The notes below the pieces were generated by a model. It made no database searches, was not told the origin of the DNA, and saw only the letters and a list, made by a program, of their open reading frames with translations. The translations under genes and the position numbers were made by a program. Positions 1 through 8,583 of a stretch of DNA of 64,000 bases are shown in pieces. How positions within the stretch are numbered: the first letter of the stretch is position 1; every line of letters starts with the position of its first letter. The stretch is from Candidatus Latescibacterota bacterium (GTDB taxonomy: Bacteria; Latescibacterota; UBA2968; GCA-2709665): contig OZ252100.1 in the NCBI GenBank assembly GCA_965248435.1, forward strand, positions 416,001 to 480,000. The letters are read 5' to 3'.

Positions 1-30
1 AAAGATCGTCAGCGATGAAACTCGCTCCAT
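1..30 (-). CDS. 5' end of a gene running off the window (MERVSSLTIF...), possibly a glycosyltransferase
   Basis: ATG at 30, 19 bp after the aminotransferase stop; only 10 codons visible. Confidence 0.35.
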   Translation of the reverse strand, partial: MERVSSLTIF

Positions 31-49
31 GCGACCTGCCGGAATCGGG

Positions 50-1201
50 CTACGCGCCCTTGTCTTTGGATGTGACCTGCCCAAACGCCAGAACAGCCTT
101 CGAGACGATTTCAGCTTGCGTATCGGATAGCTCCGGATAGATCGGCAGACAGAGAATCTCTTTGGATACACGCTCAGTGTGGGCAAGCCCACCCTGCCCG
201 ACCCGGCAGCCTGCGAAGCCGGGCTGCAGGTGTATAGGAACGGGATAGAGCACCGCTGCATCCACGTTGAGTTCGTCCAGGGAATTCTTGAGGGCGTCTC
301 GGCGGGGGCTCCGTAGAACGTACTGGTGATAGACGTGAAATGCCCGCGGGGGTTCGGCCGGCAACAGGAAATCCAAACCGCTCAGGCGACTTGTATAGAA
401 TTTGGCCAGTTCGCGGCGGCGGCGGTTTGCCTCATCCAGGAACTTGAGCTTGACTCTAAGCACGGCTGCCTGCAGCTCGTCCAGGCGGCTGTTCGTACCT
501 GCCGTTTCACTCACGTACCGCCTTCTCCACCCATACTCCCGCAATAAGGCCAGTCGCTCTCCAAGCTCCGGGTCATCTGTCGCCACGAGTCCCCCATCTC
601 CGATCGCACCCAGATTCTTCGTGGGGTAGAAGCTGAAGGCCGATACATCGCCCCAGGCCCCCGTCATTCGATCGCCTATGGCAGCCCCGTGCGACTGCGC
701 GCAGTCTTCCACGACCGAGAGGCCATAGCGATGGGCGACCTCCAGAATCCCTTCCATTTCCGCAGGACAGCCGTAGAGATGGACGGGGACGATGCACCGG
801 GTGCGTGTTGTTATCGCCGATTCGATTCGTTCGGGATCCAGAGTAAAACGCTCCGGATCAATCTCAACAAGGACAGGGGAGGCCCCACAAAGCTGAATGG
901 CCGCTGCCGTCGCACCCGATGTAAAAGAGGCTGTGATCACTTCCCTCCCCGGACCTGCCCCACACGCCAGCAGCGCGAGTTGCAGCGCGTCCGTCCCACT
1001 CGCCACCCCGACCGCGTGCTCGAGTCCCAGATATGAAGCGAACTCAGACTCGAAGGCTTCGGTTTCAGATCCCAGAATGTAGCGCCCGCTCTCCAGGACC
1101 TTTTGAATCGCAGCCTCGATCTCCTGGCGGTGGGACAGGAAACTCGCCTTGGGATCGGCCGACGGTATTCGGCCTGGTTTCGTCACACTTTCCACTGACA
1201 C
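50..1201 (-). CDS. DegT/DnrJ/EryC1/StrS family PLP-dependent sugar aminotransferase
   Basis: Motifs SGTDAL, VPVHLYG, VVEDCAQSHG, FSFYPTKNLGAIGDGG (PLP lysine), NSRLDELQAA. Confidence 0.95.
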   Translation of the reverse strand: MSVESVTKPGRIPSADPKASFLSHRQEIEAAIQKVLESGRYILGSETEAFESEFASYLGLEHAVGVASGTDALQLALLACGAGPGREVITASFTSGATAAAIQLCGASPVLVEIDPERFTLDPERIESAITTRTRCIVPVHLYGCPAEMEGILEVAHRYGLSVVEDCAQSHGAAIGDRMTGAWGDVSAFSFYPTKNLGAIGDGGLVATDDPELGERLALLREYGWRRRYVSETAGTNSRLDELQAAVLRVKLKFLDEANRRRRELAKFYTSRLSGLDFLLPAEPPRAFHVYHQYVLRSPRRDALKNSLDELNVDAAVLYPVPIHLQPGFAGCRVGQGGLAHTERVSKEILCLPIYPELSDTQAEIVSKAVLAFGQVTSKDKGA

Positions 1202-1273
1202 GACGTGATCCTTTCACTCCGATCCACCGTATTGCCTCTTGACTCTCCCCTCTCAGGCTCTATCTTGGGCGAC

Positions 1274-1708
1274 ATGCTCGGCAGAAAGTTTATCGATGTT
1301 TTGTGTCGGACGGCTGTCTGTCTAGCGTGCCTGCTGGCCATTGAGATGGTTGCGTGCGGCGACGGCGGAAAGCTCAGTCAGACGATCATCGGGACCTGGT
1401 CCATCGACATCGGTGGGTCAAGACTTGCCATGAACGTCTCGATTCAGGATCTGTCCGGGTCCCTGATACAACGCCTTTCGGAACAGGGACACGCCGGCCG
1501 GTTTCGGTCGGCAGCCTATCGAATTGACGCTGAGAATGCGGACACACTCAGCATTTCGGTTGCGGCTCTGGGAGAATTCACCGTTGTCCGTTCTGGTGTC
1601 ACGTCGGTCGCCGAGCTCTTTTTCGTGAGCACCCACGACGGGTTCATGGGGGCCCATCCAGAACACCTGGGCCTGCTACGAAAAGAGGCCGGTTCATCGA
1701 ATCCCTGA
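1274..1708 (+). CDS. Hypothetical lipoprotein
   Basis: ATG at 1274 gives a basic N-terminus, hydrophobic stretch and lipobox-like MVAC; IIGTW motif typical of lipocalin-like lipoproteins. Confidence 0.55.
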   Translation: MLGRKFIDVLCRTAVCLACLLAIEMVACGDGGKLSQTIIGTWSIDIGGSRLAMNVSIQDLSGSLIQRLSEQGHAGRFRSAAYRIDAENADTLSISVAALGEFTVVRSGVTSVAELFFVSTHDGFMGAHPEHLGLLRKEAGSSNP

Positions 1709-1766
1709 ATCGGCCTTGCACATCCTTCGGAGACGCGTTGCGCGCAGGTCCGCAGCGGAGTCTGTC

Positions 1767-2117
1767 CTACGCCTCTTCGACAGACCCGAATTCCTCTGCG
1801 AGTTGTCGCAGATAATCAAAGGTGTAGATTCCTGTGTCGTGGCCGTCTGCCCACGTCACCTTGATGGCATATCTGCCCACGGCAGCAACATTGAGCACCT
1901 TATCCGTAGCGGCCGCCTCTCCGCTCGTGATAACGTGTAGCCCATCCTTTGCAACCTGCTTCTCCCTCTGATCCACGCATACCGCGCAGGGACAGTACCT
2001 TCGCAGATCAGCCAGGGAAAACCTGGCTTTCGTGCCGTCTTTCCATTGGGTCTTGATTTGACCTGCATCTCGATCGATGTCGATCTGCTGAAGTGTGTTT
2101 GCTTTCGGATTTTCCAG
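1767..2117 (-). CDS. DUF971 / gamma-butyrobetaine hydroxylase-like N-terminal domain protein (probable CTG start)
   Basis: Frame stays open upstream of the tracked GTG through WKDG...LRRYCPCAVC; C-terminal VGRYAI.V.WADGHDTGIYTFDYLR; AGGA SD 6 nt before an in-frame CTG at 2117. Confidence 0.85.
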   Translation of the reverse strand: MENPKANTLQQIDIDRDAGQIKTQWKDGTKARFSLADLRRYCPCAVCVDQREKQVAKDGLHVITSGEAAATDKVLNVAAVGRYAIKVTWADGHDTGIYTFDYLRQLAEEFGSVEEA

Positions 2118-2289
2118 ATCAGATCCTGACTACTTGAGAAGTGTCGATCAATACGACATTAGGCTAACTTCATTTCTCTTCCACACACAAGGTGCCGCCA
2201 AAGGAACTTTTCGGTCCGACGGGGGTCTACTTCATAAGAATGCATAATGCAGAATCATATCCCGGTCCAGGGCCCGCGGGTCGTTACAG

Positions 2290-3045
2290 ATGAACTTCAT
2301 CCATCATCGATTCTCAGACAGCCTGCTTTCGATCCTTGCCCGGAGTCGCGAGAGGCAGAAGCGATTCACCCGTCTGCTTGCCGACCGACCGACGGGCGTC
2401 AGGATAAAAGTCCGCGAAAAAGCTGCCGACGCGGACCTGAAACGGGCCTACACCCAGTTGATGGCCAGGTCTTCTGCCATTTCCTCCCTGTTCTTGGCAG
2501 CCCTTTTCCTTCTCTTCTCCGAGTTTGAGCCGTCGGTTTACCTGGGCACAGCCCGAACACCGTTTATCCAGATACAGGACATCCCTGAAACCGTGCAGCG
2601 CTTTCAGCCTGAAACGCCACGTCCCGCGGAACCCCTGGCCGTTGAAGGTGAGGAGATCCCCGAGGACGTGACGATCGAATCTACCGAACTGGATCTGGAC
2701 AACGTCCCGGTCGACTTGCGTATGACGGGTCCGATGGCCATGGGGCCGCCGGTGGATGAAGCCTTGGACATTTCAGAGATCGAAGACAAACCCAAGTTCG
2801 TCTTCTGGCCGCTTCCGGAATACCCCGAAGCCGCCTTGAAAGATAAACTGGAGGGTGTCGTAAATGTGCGTGTCTTGGTTGGCAAGGACGGCAGGGTTGA
2901 GCAGGTGGAAGTGATCGGCGGCACAAAACTCTTCTTTGAGGCAGCGGTCGCGACGGCACGCAGATATCGTTTTCGGCCGGGTAAGCACGAAGGCGAAATC
3001 AGGAAGGTCTGGATGCCGATGCCGATTCGCTTTTCCCTGAAATAG
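2290..3045 (+). CDS. tonB: Energy transducer TonB family protein
   Basis: TM helix, Pro-rich linker, C-terminal PEYPEAA..EGVV.VRVLVGKDGRV..FRPGK..PIRF. Confidence 0.85.
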   Translation: MNFIHHRFSDSLLSILARSRERQKRFTRLLADRPTGVRIKVREKAADADLKRAYTQLMARSSAISSLFLAALFLLFSEFEPSVYLGTARTPFIQIQDIPETVQRFQPETPRPAEPLAVEGEEIPEDVTIESTELDLDNVPVDLRMTGPMAMGPPVDEALDISEIEDKPKFVFWPLPEYPEAALKDKLEGVVNVRVLVGKDGRVEQVEVIGGTKLFFEAAVATARRYRFRPGKHEGEIRKVWMPMPIRFSLK

Positions 3046-3152
3046 CTCGGATCCGCCTTTCAGGGGAGGTAATCTCCTAATCCGCCTCACGTAGCCGCCT
3101 TGAAAACACGTGGACAATGTTGAACGGGACGCAGGGTCATTCCCTGGGCAGG

Positions 3153-3863
3153 CTACCTTTCCAAATTGTGTCTAAACGTCAATTCCTGCAACAAAATCCC
3201 GAAACGCTCCCGAAGTGCCGGCTTCAAACGAAACGCCCTCCGATAGGCCACCGCGGCGTCGTCATAGAATCCCTGTGCCGTCAAGACTCGCCCCATCAGC
3301 ACATAGCTGGGGGCGTAGTTTGGTGCACGTTCTGTGGTTTTGGACGCCATCGCCAGTGCCTCCTCCAGGTTCCTTCGCCGCAGATAGATCCAGCCCAGCC
3401 CTTGATAGGCCTGGATGACACCGGGATCCTGGCGCAAAGCCAGCTTGTAGTGCTGCTCCGCTACTTCCAGGTCCCCCTGCTTTTGATGAAAGTATCCAAG
3501 AGCAACGCTGACGCCTGCATCCACCGAATCCAGAAGGGCGATCCGCCTGCAGACCTGGATGGCCTGAAAATAGGCATCCAGATTGGCATAGGCGCTGGCC
3601 AGGAGCCGGAGTGCCTGGAAGTCTGACGAGTCTCGACGAACGATTTCATTCAGTTCGGCAGCGGCAGCCGCAAACTCCCCCGCTTCCATGGCCTCCACGG
3701 GCGCCCGCAGATTTGGTGGAACGGAGGAGACGAGCGTATCCTGCAGCACGTCCCAAAAGGGATCGTCCACTTCCTGTGCCCGGGCTTGGCCGGAGTACAG
3801 ACTCAGACCTGCCCACACCCAAACGATCGGGATTATTACGAATCGAGCCAATTCCTGTTTCAC
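3153..3863 (-). CDS. Secreted tetratricopeptide repeat protein
   Basis: Signal peptide (ARA|QE) and multiple TPR motifs. Confidence 0.85.
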   Translation of the reverse strand: MKQELARFVIIPIVWVWAGLSLYSGQARAQEVDDPFWDVLQDTLVSSVPPNLRAPVEAMEAGEFAAAAAELNEIVRRDSSDFQALRLLASAYANLDAYFQAIQVCRRIALLDSVDAGVSVALGYFHQKQGDLEVAEQHYKLALRQDPGVIQAYQGLGWIYLRRRNLEEALAMASKTTERAPNYAPSYVLMGRVLTAQGFYDDAAVAYRRAFRLKPALRERFGILLQELTFRHNLER

Positions 3864-4519
3864 CCCCTGCGGGCCCGCCTCCGTCGTCTGCGCATCACAA
3901 GAGAATAGACGATAATCAACCCCGCGAACGCACCGACAACAGCACCGATGGTCTTGTTCGACAACTTCCCGAGTTCACCCTTGATCCGACCGTGTTGGTT
4001 TACGAAAGCCGTGTTGTCCGGCTCCAGATCCATGGCCTTTTCGATCAGGAGCAGGGCCTTTTCTGCATCCCCCTGCGCGAAGTGGAGTCTCGACAGATTG
4101 TAGTAGGCCGTCCCGATTTCCGGATCGATAGAGATCGTTTTTTCGTAAAGCCTTTTCGCACGCTCGGCTTTGCCCTGTTTTTCATACACGGATCCCAGGT
4201 TGTTATAGGCGTGGCCTTCTCTGGGTCGGAGTTTGATGACCTCCAGGTAGTACTTGCCGGCCAAGTCGTAACGTTTCTGATTGAAGCAAAGACCCGCGAG
4301 ATTATAGAGGGCGTCCGCGTGTCCGGGATCCAGTTTGATGATCTCATAATAAAGTTTGACCGCCCTCCTTGGGTTGATCGGGCGGTCTATCCCCAAATGA
4401 TATCGTTGTGCCTCCTCGAACAACTGCTGCACTTCCCCAGCGGGAGGCCTCTGCCCCTGGGCGCCCGACGCCGTCACAAAAATCAGCAGCCCCGGGAGAA
4501 TCCTCCAGATCCTGTTCAC
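3860..4519 (-). CDS. Sel1/TPR repeat protein with C-terminal membrane anchor
   Basis: Signal peptide, ALYNLA/AYNNLG TPR motifs, C-terminal TM helix followed by a poly-Arg tail. Confidence 0.85.
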   Translation of the reverse strand: MNRIWRILPGLLIFVTASGAQGQRPPAGEVQQLFEEAQRYHLGIDRPINPRRAVKLYYEIIKLDPGHADALYNLAGLCFNQKRYDLAGKYYLEVIKLRPREGHAYNNLGSVYEKQGKAERAKRLYEKTISIDPEIGTAYYNLSRLHFAQGDAEKALLLIEKAMDLEPDNTAFVNQHGRIKGELGKLSNKTIGAVVGAFAGLIIVYSLVMRRRRRRARRG

Positions 4520-5769
4520 GTTTCCTCACAGTCGCCGGATCCGTCGGAGCCTCCGACGATGATGAATGAGGTATTGTCCCTGCCCGAAACCGCAAAATCC
4601 TGTGAAGTGCGATAAGCGATTTGGCCTAAATCTGTGTCGGCGTCCATTCTCCCCATGAGGGACTGAACGTTGAGCTCGGGATGTTTGATGATCCCGTCGG
4701 TTCCCAACAGAAAGAGACCGGGGCCGATGACCACAGAGCCGCAGTCAATAAAGTCTTTGTTAAATCGCTTGTCTCCCAACCAGATACTGAGTTTTCTTCC
4801 AGTGATTCCATACCCTAAATCCCGGTTGAGCTGGTGGACCTGCCCCCCGTTGGCCTGGTATAGAAACGCATCGCTCACAGACGCCCAGTGGAGTTTGGCA
4901 CCCTCCCTGACCGCAGCGACAAGGCTGGACCGACTCCGTTGTACCGTAATGTCGGAGAGGACTGAACGGTGACACCGCGTGATCGTATTGATCAAAAACT
5001 GTCTAATGTCTTCGTCCGCCATCGCCCCATCGGTCTCGAACCCGAGCCGGAAGAGCTCGAGCATCTTGCTGACGACCAGCTCGCTGCTGCGAGCCCCGTG
5101 GTGGGCGTCCGCAACAACGAAAATCTCTTTTCCAGCCGCGCGGTGAAATCCGAGGGCGTCTTCGTTCGGCTCCCGAGACATTGGGTCCGCTCGGCCCCCG
5201 GGCGTAAACCCGAATGCGGCCTGGTCCGCACCCCTCAGGCCCCCTCCCAGGAAATCCCCTCGGCGGCGATGGAATCGTCCCAGAATCAGCAAATCGTGAT
5301 GAAATCCTGCCGCTTTCTGAGCGTCGATCTGAGCCTTGGTTCGGTCGATCACTTCCAGGCGGTGCGGTTTCTCATCATTACCATCCTCCCGGCGCTCGGA
5401 TAAATCCCCTTCCAATTCCCTCAAAAACCCTTCAAGCACCTGACGCGGCGCATCACCCGGCTTGGAGGACCCGTTACTTTCTCTAGAGGAAAACCGGTCA
5501 GTGTAGAATTGCTTCAGTGAGCGATGGAAATCTCGAATCGATACCAGGGGAGGATCGATTTGGACACCGCCCGCTTCTGTGCGGAATACGAGCACTGTTG
5601 CTTCCTGGAATCCCCCTCTGCTGAGGTCGAAGTGCAACAGATGGGCCTCGAGCTTGTCCACCCGGTCCGAACCTGTTAAGGGCCCCACACGAAGGTCCAC
5701 GACTCGGGGCGCGAAGACCGCAGAAAAGACGGGGTTTGAAGCCCCGGTGCTTGAGTGAGATAGATTCAT
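4516..5769 (-). CDS. PP2C/SpoIIE-like protein phosphatase domain protein with an uncharacterised N-terminal region
   Basis: NEDA, VVADAHHG, ASVSD, LLGTDG, GRDNTS motifs of the PPM fold. Confidence 0.75.
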   Translation of the reverse strand: MNLSHSSTGASNPVFSAVFAPRVVDLRVGPLTGSDRVDKLEAHLLHFDLSRGGFQEATVLVFRTEAGGVQIDPPLVSIRDFHRSLKQFYTDRFSSRESNGSSKPGDAPRQVLEGFLRELEGDLSERREDGNDEKPHRLEVIDRTKAQIDAQKAAGFHHDLLILGRFHRRRGDFLGGGLRGADQAAFGFTPGGRADPMSREPNEDALGFHRAAGKEIFVVADAHHGARSSELVVSKMLELFRLGFETDGAMADEDIRQFLINTITRCHRSVLSDITVQRSRSSLVAAVREGAKLHWASVSDAFLYQANGGQVHQLNRDLGYGITGRKLSIWLGDKRFNKDFIDCGSVVIGPGLFLLGTDGIIKHPELNVQSLMGRMDADTDLGQIAYRTSQDFAVSGRDNTSFIIVGGSDGSGDCEET

Positions 5770-5966
5770 TATCGACCCAATCTTAAGGGTCGGGAGAACA
5801 CAAGGTGCTCCCCGATAGGTTCCGGATCACAGTAGCAGACCTGCGATCTTATGACGCGAGATATTCACCGTACGGGCACGTCGAACAGTGCCTCCGTCCG
5901 CTATTCCGATACTCGATGCAGCGAGCCCGATACATCCTGCGATCCACGAACGACGATCACCGCAAT

Positions 5967-6155
5967 TTAGAAAGGATACATCACATTCAGTCGCTGGACC
6001 AAGCCGTCGCGCCTCGAGTCAGGGTCTTCCAGAATCACCTCAATCGCGGGACGACTCTGCCAGAGCCTCAGACTGAGGGCCCAGTCGATGTCCAGGCTGC
6101 GAAGGGCAAGGCGGGCAACCAGAAACATAGGAGTCAGAATTTTGATCGCAAACAA
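5967..6155 (-). CDS. Small hypothetical protein
   Basis: 62-aa ORF co-directional with its neighbours in an otherwise unexplained gap; no motif. Confidence 0.3.
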   Translation of the reverse strand: MFAIKILTPMFLVARLALRSLDIDWALSLRLWQSRPAIEVILEDPDSRRDGLVQRLNVMYPF

Positions 6156-6296
6156 ACCTGTTCAACTCCGTCTGGGGGTTGTGAACCACACCCGGAAACA
6201 GGCCGCCTGCCGGGCTTAATAGCATACAACAATACCCTTCCGCCAGTCAAGGCCTTACGCTTCTGACCGCAGAAGAAGGAAGCGATACTCGAAGAT

Positions 6297-7385
6297 TCAC
6301 TCGTCGATATTGGCCAACTGTTCGATCCAGAGTCGAAATCGGCCGATTTGGGCGGGCGTAAGGAAGGGTCCCCCCTGAGGCATTCGGTCGCCAAGGATCC
6401 CTTCGTTCTCCTCTAGCTTCAGGATGATGTAGCTCTCGTCAGGGGCGCCGGGTTTAACCCGGCTCAGAGATGCGGATTGCCGGCTCGGCACCTCCAGGAG
6501 ATTTTCCAGTGAGAGCCCGGCCTCCAGGACAAGCCCCTCCCCGGGAGGGAACTGCTCGCTGGCAGCGTGGCAGCCGACAAATGCACAGGTGGTGTCGAAA
6601 ACGGGCTGGATCTGTGTCGCGAAAGAGACCACCGGCGAAAACCTGAAGGAAAAGCGATCTCCTTTCCCCTCGGCGATTTCCTGACCCGAGAGGTCTTTTA
6701 CTGCCCTCACGACCAGGGTGTAAGCGACCCCCGGAGATTGAGGCGCAGTCGTCAACAGGACGCGATCCTCGCCTGCCGTACGAGCATCTATCACGGCGAG
6801 GGATGTTCCCTCACTCGATATAGCATAGTTTTCCGGAAGGCCTGCAGTCGCAGGATCGACCGGCTCACTGAAGGTGACCTCCAGACTGATGCTGTCTGCC
6901 GAAACGACGGCCAGGACCGACGGCGGGGCTGGAGGCGCCGTGGACAGGAGTGCTCCCTCATCTATCCAGCGCTTAATGGCATCGATCTCGGCCGCGGTCA
7001 AGGGTGTGCGGCCGAGCGGCATCTGGTCCCCGAAAATGGGACGACCTGCCGGGTCCTGGCCCTCCAGCTTCCAGACGAGCAGACTGTTGTCAGGATCCCC
7101 CGGAATAACCTGCGGCCCGTTTTTGCTGAGAGTCGGGTCCAGAAGTTCCACGAAGGAAACCTCAGACGTCAGGAGTAGTCCTGCTTGTTGATTGCCTGTA
7201 CCGCCCGGTTCGTGACAGCCTCCTGTGCAGGTCCGATTGAACACGGCCTGGACGTCGCGGTCGTAGAAAGCCGTGGCCCCTTCGGGTGCCTCCACGGATC
7301 GCGCCGTCGGAAACGGAATGGGGTCCCGCACGGCACTGCACCCGGCCACTAGAATGTACGCTATTGTGAAAAGCGATCGATTCAT
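6297..7385 (-). CDS. Lipoprotein with two planctomycete-cytochrome-C-like domains (CTGGCH, CAFVGCH) flanking an Ig-like domain
   Basis: ATG 7385, lipobox LVAGC; duplicated domain VQ.VF..C..CH...GL.L...V.PG.PD.S.L..KLE...GD.MP....LT.A.I....WI. Confidence 0.85.
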   Translation of the reverse strand: MNRSLFTIAYILVAGCSAVRDPIPFPTARSVEAPEGATAFYDRDVQAVFNRTCTGGCHEPGGTGNQQAGLLLTSEVSFVELLDPTLSKNGPQVIPGDPDNSLLVWKLEGQDPAGRPIFGDQMPLGRTPLTAAEIDAIKRWIDEGALLSTAPPAPPSVLAVVSADSISLEVTFSEPVDPATAGLPENYAISSEGTSLAVIDARTAGEDRVLLTTAPQSPGVAYTLVVRAVKDLSGQEIAEGKGDRFSFRFSPVVSFATQIQPVFDTTCAFVGCHAASEQFPPGEGLVLEAGLSLENLLEVPSRQSASLSRVKPGAPDESYIILKLEENEGILGDRMPQGGPFLTPAQIGRFRLWIEQLANIDE

Positions 7386-7392
7386 TCCGAAC

Positions 7393-8583
7393 CTACTGGT
7401 GGCAATATCCGCAGAAGCCGACTCCCGAAATTCGGGTTTCCAGGTGACACGCGTAGCAAAGGGAGTGCGGGTCTGAATGAAATTCCCCGTTGCCAGCTTG
7501 ATCTGCAAACCGGGTCCCGTGGGTTTTGGGATCCGTCCCTCGGACACCGTCAAAATCGACGTGGCACTGGATGCAGCTCGGGTCCTCCCCGTCCACGTCG
7601 TGACAGCTCACGCAGGTCTCGATATCCCGACGCGCCCACGAACCGTGCCGTCCCCCACCTGAACCGACGCCGGCCAGGACCCATGGCCTTGGATCGTCCG
7701 GTAGTGGGCCGTGCCAGACCGGCTTGAACCGGCGTTCGTCCCCTTCGATCCTGTGACATTCAACGCAGAAGTCCGTGGCGTGGCAGGTCGCGCACTGCCG
7801 TTCTTTGCCCGCCGCATCCAACGGGTGCGTAAACCTGTAGTTCAGCTCGTGCTGCCTTTGCAGGATCTGTCCGACCCTGCAACGGTTTTGAGGTGCGCCA
7901 GACACAGACCGCTCCGGCGGTGCCTCCAGGTCCACCAAAAGGGCACCGGCGTGGCAGTCTTCGCACCAGGTGTCCTGGTGACACTGTGCACAAGGCATTT
8001 CGCCCGCACGGGAATGCTGTTTATGCTCGTGTATCCAGTCCGCCCTGTGGCTCTGCGGTCGAATCACCTCGACTTTGGGATGGCAGGTCTCGCAATCGTA
8101 TGGCGCATCAGCGTCCTGGTGACACGTGAGGCACTCGGGCATGGTAGGCCAATTCTTCCTGCTCGCGTAGTCGGTCTCCGGCATCCCGCGATGGCAGTCC
8201 TGGCAGTCCAGTTCAAGTTTCTCGATATGGAAGTTGTGGGGGAAGTCGATCACGCGTTCGGGGTTCTCGAACGCCACAGGTTGGGCAGGATCCTGATGGC
8301 ACTTCTCACACTGTGCCGGATCTTTTACCTCTTCTTTGTGGCAGTCCGCGCAGGTCTCTTCCAACGGAAGCAGATTTTCCCCGGCGAGACTGCTGGATTG
8401 AGCCTTCACGTGGCAATCCCTGCAGAAAAGCCCCATGTCCATCAAGTGGTAGCGATGAGAGAACAGGATGATGGCGCTTCGATTCTGCTCCGGGATCGTG
8501 ATGGGGATATCGGACTCCTCCGCGGATGCATCCCACGGAAGGCACGAAAATGCCAGAGCGATCGCCAGGTGCGTCAGCTTCAC
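7393..8583 (-). CDS. Periplasmic multiheme cytochrome c (14 CxxCH; c7/c3-like N-terminal repeats)
   Basis: Signal peptide; 14 CxxCH motifs counted; FSHxxH/FPHxxH c7-type axial His motifs. Confidence 0.95.
   Translation of the reverse strand: MKLTHLAIALAFSCLPWDASAEESDIPITIPEQNRSAIILFSHRYHLMDMGLFCRDCHVKAQSSSLAGENLLPLEETCADCHKEEVKDPAQCEKCHQDPAQPVAFENPERVIDFPHNFHIEKLELDCQDCHRGMPETDYASRKNWPTMPECLTCHQDADAPYDCETCHPKVEVIRPQSHRADWIHEHKQHSRAGEMPCAQCHQDTWCEDCHAGALLVDLEAPPERSVSGAPQNRCRVGQILQRQHELNYRFTHPLDAAGKERQCATCHATDFCVECHRIEGDERRFKPVWHGPLPDDPRPWVLAGVGSGGGRHGSWARRDIETCVSCHDVDGEDPSCIQCHVDFDGVRGTDPKTHGTRFADQAGNGEFHSDPHSLCYACHLETRISGVGFCGYCHQ

Noticed and set aside
3046-3152. Possible 6S or other ncRNA between convergent genes (repeated CCGCCT, small hairpins)
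   Set aside because: No long rod structure or recognisable consensus could be built.
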